Assembly: GCA_030141605.1 (NCBI GenBank)
Contig: JAQGDQ010001296.1
Location: 1 to 48,966, forward strand
Direction: 5' to 3'
DNA length: 48,966 nucleotides
Source: Tubiluchus corallicola
Lineage: Eukaryota; Animalia; Priapulida
Shown: positions 44,001 to 48,966 of the stretch, piece by piece
Layout: every line of letters begins with the position of its first letter
Numbering within the stretch: position 1 is the stretch's first letter
Translations under genes and position numbers: made by a program
Notes under the pieces: generated by a model
What the model was told of the DNA's origin: nothing
Seen by the model: only the letters and a program-made list of their open reading frames with translations
Database searches by the model: none

Positions 44001-45360
44001 GCTAAGAGTACTAGGTACCTGAGCTAAGAGTACTAGGTATCTGAGCTAAGAGTACTAGGTATCTGAGTTACGAGTACTAGGTACCTGAGCTAAGAGTACT
44101 AGGTATTTGTGCTAAGAGTACTAGGTATCTGAGTTAAGAGTACTAGGTACCTGAGTTAAGAGTACTAGGTATCTGTGCTAAGTGTGCTAGGTACCTGAGC
44201 TAAGAATACTAGGTATCTGTGCTAAGCGTACTAGGTACCTGAGCTAAGAGTACTAGGTACCTGAGCTAAGAGTACTAGGTATCTGAGCTAAGAGTACTAG
44301 GTATCTGAGTTAAGAGTACTAGGTACCTGAGCTAAGAGTACTAGGTATTTGTGCTAAGAGTACTAGGTATCTGAGCTAAGAGTACTAGGTACCTGAGCTA
44401 AGAGTACTAGGTATTTGTGCTAAGTGTACTAGGCATCTGAGCTAAGAATACTAGGTATCTGTGTTGAGGGTACTAAGTATCTATGTTGAGGGTACTAGGT
44501 ATCTGTGCTAAAAGTACTAGTTATCTGTGCTAAGTGTGCTAGGTACCTGAGCTAAGAATACTAGGTATCTGTGCTAAGCGTACTAGGTACCTGAGCTAAG
44601 AGTACTAGGTACCTGAGCTAAGAGTACTAGGTATCTGAGCTAAGAGTACTAGGTATTTGCGCTAAGTGTACTAGGTGTCTGAGCTAACAGTACTAGGTAC
44701 CTGAGCTAAGAGTACTAGGTATCTGAGCTAAGAGTACTAGGTATTTGCGCTAAGTGTACTAGGTACCTGAGTTAAGAGTACTAGGTACCTGAGTTAAGAG
44801 TACTAGGTACCTGAGTTAAGAGTACTAGGTACCTGAGCTAAGAGTACTAGGTATCTGAGCTAAGAGTACTAGGTACCTGAGCTAAGAGTACTAGGTATTT
44901 GTGCTAAGAGTACTAGGTACCTGAGCTAAGAGTACTAGGTACCTGAGCTAAGAGTACTAGGTACCTGAGCTAAGAGTACTAGGTATCTGAGCTAAGAATA
45001 CTAGGTACCTGAGCTAAGTGTACTAGGTACCTGAGCTAATAGTACTAGGTACCTGAGCTAAGTGTACTAGGTATCTGAGCTAAGAGTACTAGGTATCTGA
45101 GCTAAGAGTACTAGGTATCTGAGCTAAGAGTACTAGGTATTTGTGCTAAGTGTACTAGGTATTTGTGCTAAGTGTACTAGGTATTTGTGCTAAGTGTACT
45201 AGGTATTTGTGCTAAGTGTACTAGGTATTTGTGCTAAGTGTACTAGGTATTTGTGCTAAGTGTACTAGGTATTTGTGCTAAGTGTACTTGGTATTTGTGC
45301 TACGAGTGCTAGGTATGCTGTGTCGAGGGTACCAGGTATCTGTATTGATAGTACTAGGTA
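41081..45360 (+). repeat. 22 bp tandem array, about 195 copies, starting exactly at the splice donor
   Basis: ag|gtatctgtgttgagagtactag|gtatct...; central variant gtacctgagctaagagtactag. Confidence 0.97.
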
Positions 45361-45686
45361 CATATTTGTGTTTAGGGTAAATTTTTCTGTTGTTCTTTTG
45401 GGTTTGTGCGGGTACACGATCGTTGAGTAGTTAAAGAAGTTAGCTGCTTTGCACTTATCTACAAGCTGTAAGTTCGAATCCAACCAATATCGGCATCATA
45501 AAACTAATGCCTACTCAAATGATAAAGAAAATTGTGCTTTCAACGCTCAGAACAAGGTGTGAGGTAAGGACTCATTCTGAAGATGACATACCTGTGGTAA
45601 CAATTGTTGAAGATGTTATTGACGATTATGATATTAAAGAGAACTGTTATTATTTATAATAAAATTATCACTGCCTTTCTTTGTAG

Positions 45687-45790
45687 GTTTTGCTGCGTAT
45701 TAAATTCAGCGAAAGTGTCGGTACAAGGATTTGTGGGGGGTCAATCCTTTCCAACGAGTGGATTATATCAGCTGCACATTGTGTGTACGG
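45687..45790 (+). CDS. Gene B catalytic His exon
   Basis: ctttgtag| VLLRIKFSESVGTRICGGSILSNEWIISAAHCVY(G) |gtaagt; phase 0 to 2. Confidence 0.95.
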
Positions 45791-46193
45791 GTAAGTACAA
45801 AGAACAACAGCAGGTGTATGGACTGGGTAATATGTGAGTGTGCATAATCTGTACAAGGTAGAGGCTCCTGTTCTCTCTGTATCTCTTTCTTTTGTTCTCT
45901 TTCTCGTTCTCTCTGTCTTTCTCTCTGTCTCTCTCTCTCTTTCTTTCTCTCTCTCTCTCTCTCTCTGTCTTTCTCTGTATCTCTCTCTCTCTTGTTCTCT
46001 TTTGTTTTCTTTCTCGTTCTCTCTCTCTCTTTCTCTATCTCTCTCTGTCTTTGCTCGGTTATTGCTGGTTATTGTAAACGAGTCACAACCACTATAATAA
46101 ACAGACTTTAACACACCAGAATAAGCAATGATTTTACTCAGTAAAACGAAGAGCAAATAGCTGATTGATCTGTTCAATATTTGTATCTTTTAG

Positions 46194-46275
46194 ATTCAAT
46201 TTGGCTTCACCAGGGGCGGAATTACTTGTTTGTTTTGGAACTACAAAACTGAGATCATGCGCTGAAGTCAGATAT
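46194..46275 (+). CDS. Gene B exon equivalent to gene A exon 4
   Basis: tcttttag| (G)FNLASPGAELLVCFGTTKLRSCAEVRY |gtgagt; phase 2 to 0. Confidence 0.88.
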
Positions 46276-46299
46276 GTGAGTAAACTCTCTCTCTCTCCC

Positions 46300-46450
<151 letters not shown>

Positions 46451-46606
46451 CTCTAGCTCTGTCTTTCTCGCTCTCTCTAGCTCTGTCTTTCTCGCGCTCT
46501 CTCTCTCACTTTCTCTCTGTCTCCCTCTCGTTCTCTCTCTCACTCCCTCTTCCCACCTTGCAAGCACTTCAGTTGCAAATTAATGGTTCGTTCTGTTGCA
46601 CTGCAG

Positions 46607-46799
46607 GTCAATGAAACGCTTATCATTCATCCAGACTATGATGATGAAACGCTGGTTAATGATATTGTTGTACTCAAGCTGAATGAAAAAATTGAAAAGT
46701 TTGACAGATTGGTGAGCCCCATTGCTTTACCATATTACACTGATGATCCTTATGTTGAAGAAAAAGTGAAAGTTACAGGATGGGGTTTAACCGACGACC
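46607..46799 (+). CDS. Gene B catalytic Asp exon
   Basis: ctgcag| VNETLIIHPDYDDETLVNDIVVLKLNEKIEKFDRLVSPIALPYYTDDPYVEEKVKVTGWGLTDD |gtaaga; phase 0 to 1. Confidence 0.95.
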
Positions 46800-46820
46800 G
46801 TAAGAATTGCTCTGTTCTTT

Positions 46821-47000
46821 TATTTACTCTCAAAGTACTTCACTACAATGTATTTACTCTCAAATTACTTCACTACAGTGTATTTACTCTCAAATTACTT
46901 CACTACAGTGTATTTACTCTCAAATTACTTACTGCAGTGTGCTTACTCTCAAATTACTTCACTACAATGTATTTACTTTCAAATTACTTCACTACACTGT
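46821..47000. repeat. 30 bp tandem repeat, about 6 copies
   Basis: tatttactctcaaattacttcactacagtg units, 21 bp after the donor. Confidence 0.92.
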
Positions 47001-47034
47001 ATTCAGAAATGATAAAATTGTCACAGTACATAGG

Positions 47035-48750
47035 CACATACACTTTTACATATAGTATACGTATATACGTGTACATGTACGTGCATTAGTACATAAACAT
47101 TTACATATAGTATACGCATATACGTGTACATGTACGTGCACTAGTACATACACATTTACATATAGTATACGAATATACGTGTACATGTACGTGCATTAGT
47201 ACATACACATTTATATAGTATACGCATATACGTGTACATGTACGTGCACTAGTACATACACATTTACATATAGTATACGTATATACGTGTGTATGTACGT
47301 GCATTAGTACATACACTTTTACATATAGTATACGTATATACGTGTACATGTACGTGCATTAGTACATAAACATTTACATATAGTATACGCATATACGTGT
47401 ACATGTACGTGCACTAGTACATACACATTTACATATAGTATACGTATAAACGTGTAGATGTACGTGCATTAGTACATACACATTTACATATAGTATACGC
47501 ATATACGTGTACATGTACGTGCATTAGTACATACACATTTACATATAGTATACGTATATACGTGTACATGTACGTGCATTAGTACATACTCATTTACATA
47601 TAGTATACGCATATACGTGTACATGTACGTGCATTAGTACATACACATTTACATATAGTATACGCATATACGTGTACATGTACGTGCATTAGTACATACA
47701 CATTTACATATAGTATACGCATATACGTGTACATGTACGTGCATTAGTACATACACATTTACATATAGTATACGCATATACGTGTACATGTACGTGCATT
47801 AGTACATACACATTTACATATAGTATACGCATATACGTGTACATGTACGTGCATTAGTACATACACATTTACATATAGTATACGCATATACGTGTACATG
47901 TACGTGCATTAGTACATACACATTTACATATAGTATACGCATATACGTGTACATGTACGTGCATTAGTACATACACATTTACATATAGTATACGTATATA
48001 CGTGTACATGTACGTGCATTAGTACATGCACATTTACATATAGTATACGCATATACGTGTACATGTACGTGCATTAGTACATACACATTTACATATAGTA
48101 TGCATATATAGGTGTACATGTAAGTGCATTAGTACATACACATTTATATAGTATACACATATACGTACATGTACGTGCATTAGTACATACACATTTACAT
48201 ATAGTATACGTATAAACATGTAGATGTACGTGCATTAGTACATACACATTTACATATAGTATACGCATGTACGTGTGCATGTACGTGCACTAGTACATGC
48301 ACATTTACATATAGTATACGTATATACGTGTAGATGTACGTGCACTAGTACATGCACATTTACATATAGTATACGTATATACGTGTACATGTACGTGCAT
48401 TAGTACATACACATTTACATATAGTATACGTATAAACATGTAGATGTACGTGCATTAGTACATACACATTTACATATAGTATACGCATATACGTACATGT
48501 ACGTGCATTAGTACATACACATTTACATATAGTATACGCATATACGTGTACATGTACGTGCATTAGTACATACACATTTACATATAGTATACGTATATAC
48601 GTGTACATGTACGTGCACTAGTACATAAACATTTACATATAGTATACGTATAAACGTGTAGATGTACGTGCATTAGTACATATACATTTACATATAGTAT
48701 GTGCACATACGTGTACATGTACGTGCAGTACATACACATTTACATATAGT
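47035..48750. repeat. 55 bp tandem array, about 31 copies, rich in alternating purine-pyrimidine palindromes
   Basis: catttacatatagtatacgcatatacgtgtacatgtacgtgcattagtacataca. Confidence 0.96.
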
Positions 48751-48850
48751 AATAATGCACATGATATTTTGTAGGTTAAAATCGAGCAAATATGTCTGGA
48801 TTTGACGGTTTTAGTGGTTATTAACATAACAACTTGTAATTCGTTTTTAG

Positions 48851-48966
48851 ACGAAGTTTCTGAAGACCTACGAAAAGTCACACTGACTGTAACATGCAAT
48901 TATATATGTGAACTTGCTTACTCGAAAAAAATCTACACCAGGGACAATCATCTCTGTGCCACGTCA
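48851..48966 (+). CDS. Gene B exon equivalent to gene A exon 6, truncated by the window end
   Basis: gtttttag| (H)EVSEDLRKVTLTVTCNYICELAYSKKIYTRDNHLCATS...; phase 1 matches. Confidence 0.88.

Noticed and set aside
45420-45560. tRNA-like B box gttcgaatcc
   Set aside because: No cloverleaf can be formed; at best a decayed SINE head.
48775-48850. Alternative acceptor at 48774 for the last gene B exon
   Set aside because: Gives an immediate in-frame TAA; the acceptor at 48850 gives a protease-like frame.

Overview
AT-rich, intron- and repeat-rich animal (probably invertebrate) genomic DNA; the organism cannot be fixed from the sequence. It holds two tandem, + strand, multi-exon S1A (trypsin-fold) serine protease paralogs that the ORF track mostly misses. 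Gene A (ATG 1884, seven core exons to about 17994) is a complete signal peptide / R|IVGG / His-Asp-Ser trypsin-like enzyme with candidate alternative C-terminal exons at 21308, 21726 and 22647. Gene B (ATG 29288, runs off the right edge) has a signal peptide, two nearly identical phase 1-1 Ig-like exons made by a roughly 4 kb tandem duplication, an atypical RG|IVGG activation site and a protease domain with the same intron positions and phases as gene A. Introns carry non-autonomous hAT-like and piggyBac-like MITEs, solo LTRs, LINE/SINE fragments and foldback elements. The most unusual signal is that three large minisatellite arrays (70, 120 and 22 bp units) start at an exon/intron junction and reiterate the splice donor about 27, 27 and 195 times. 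All gene models were built by hand from splice signals, phases and protein motifs; no RNA evidence is available.
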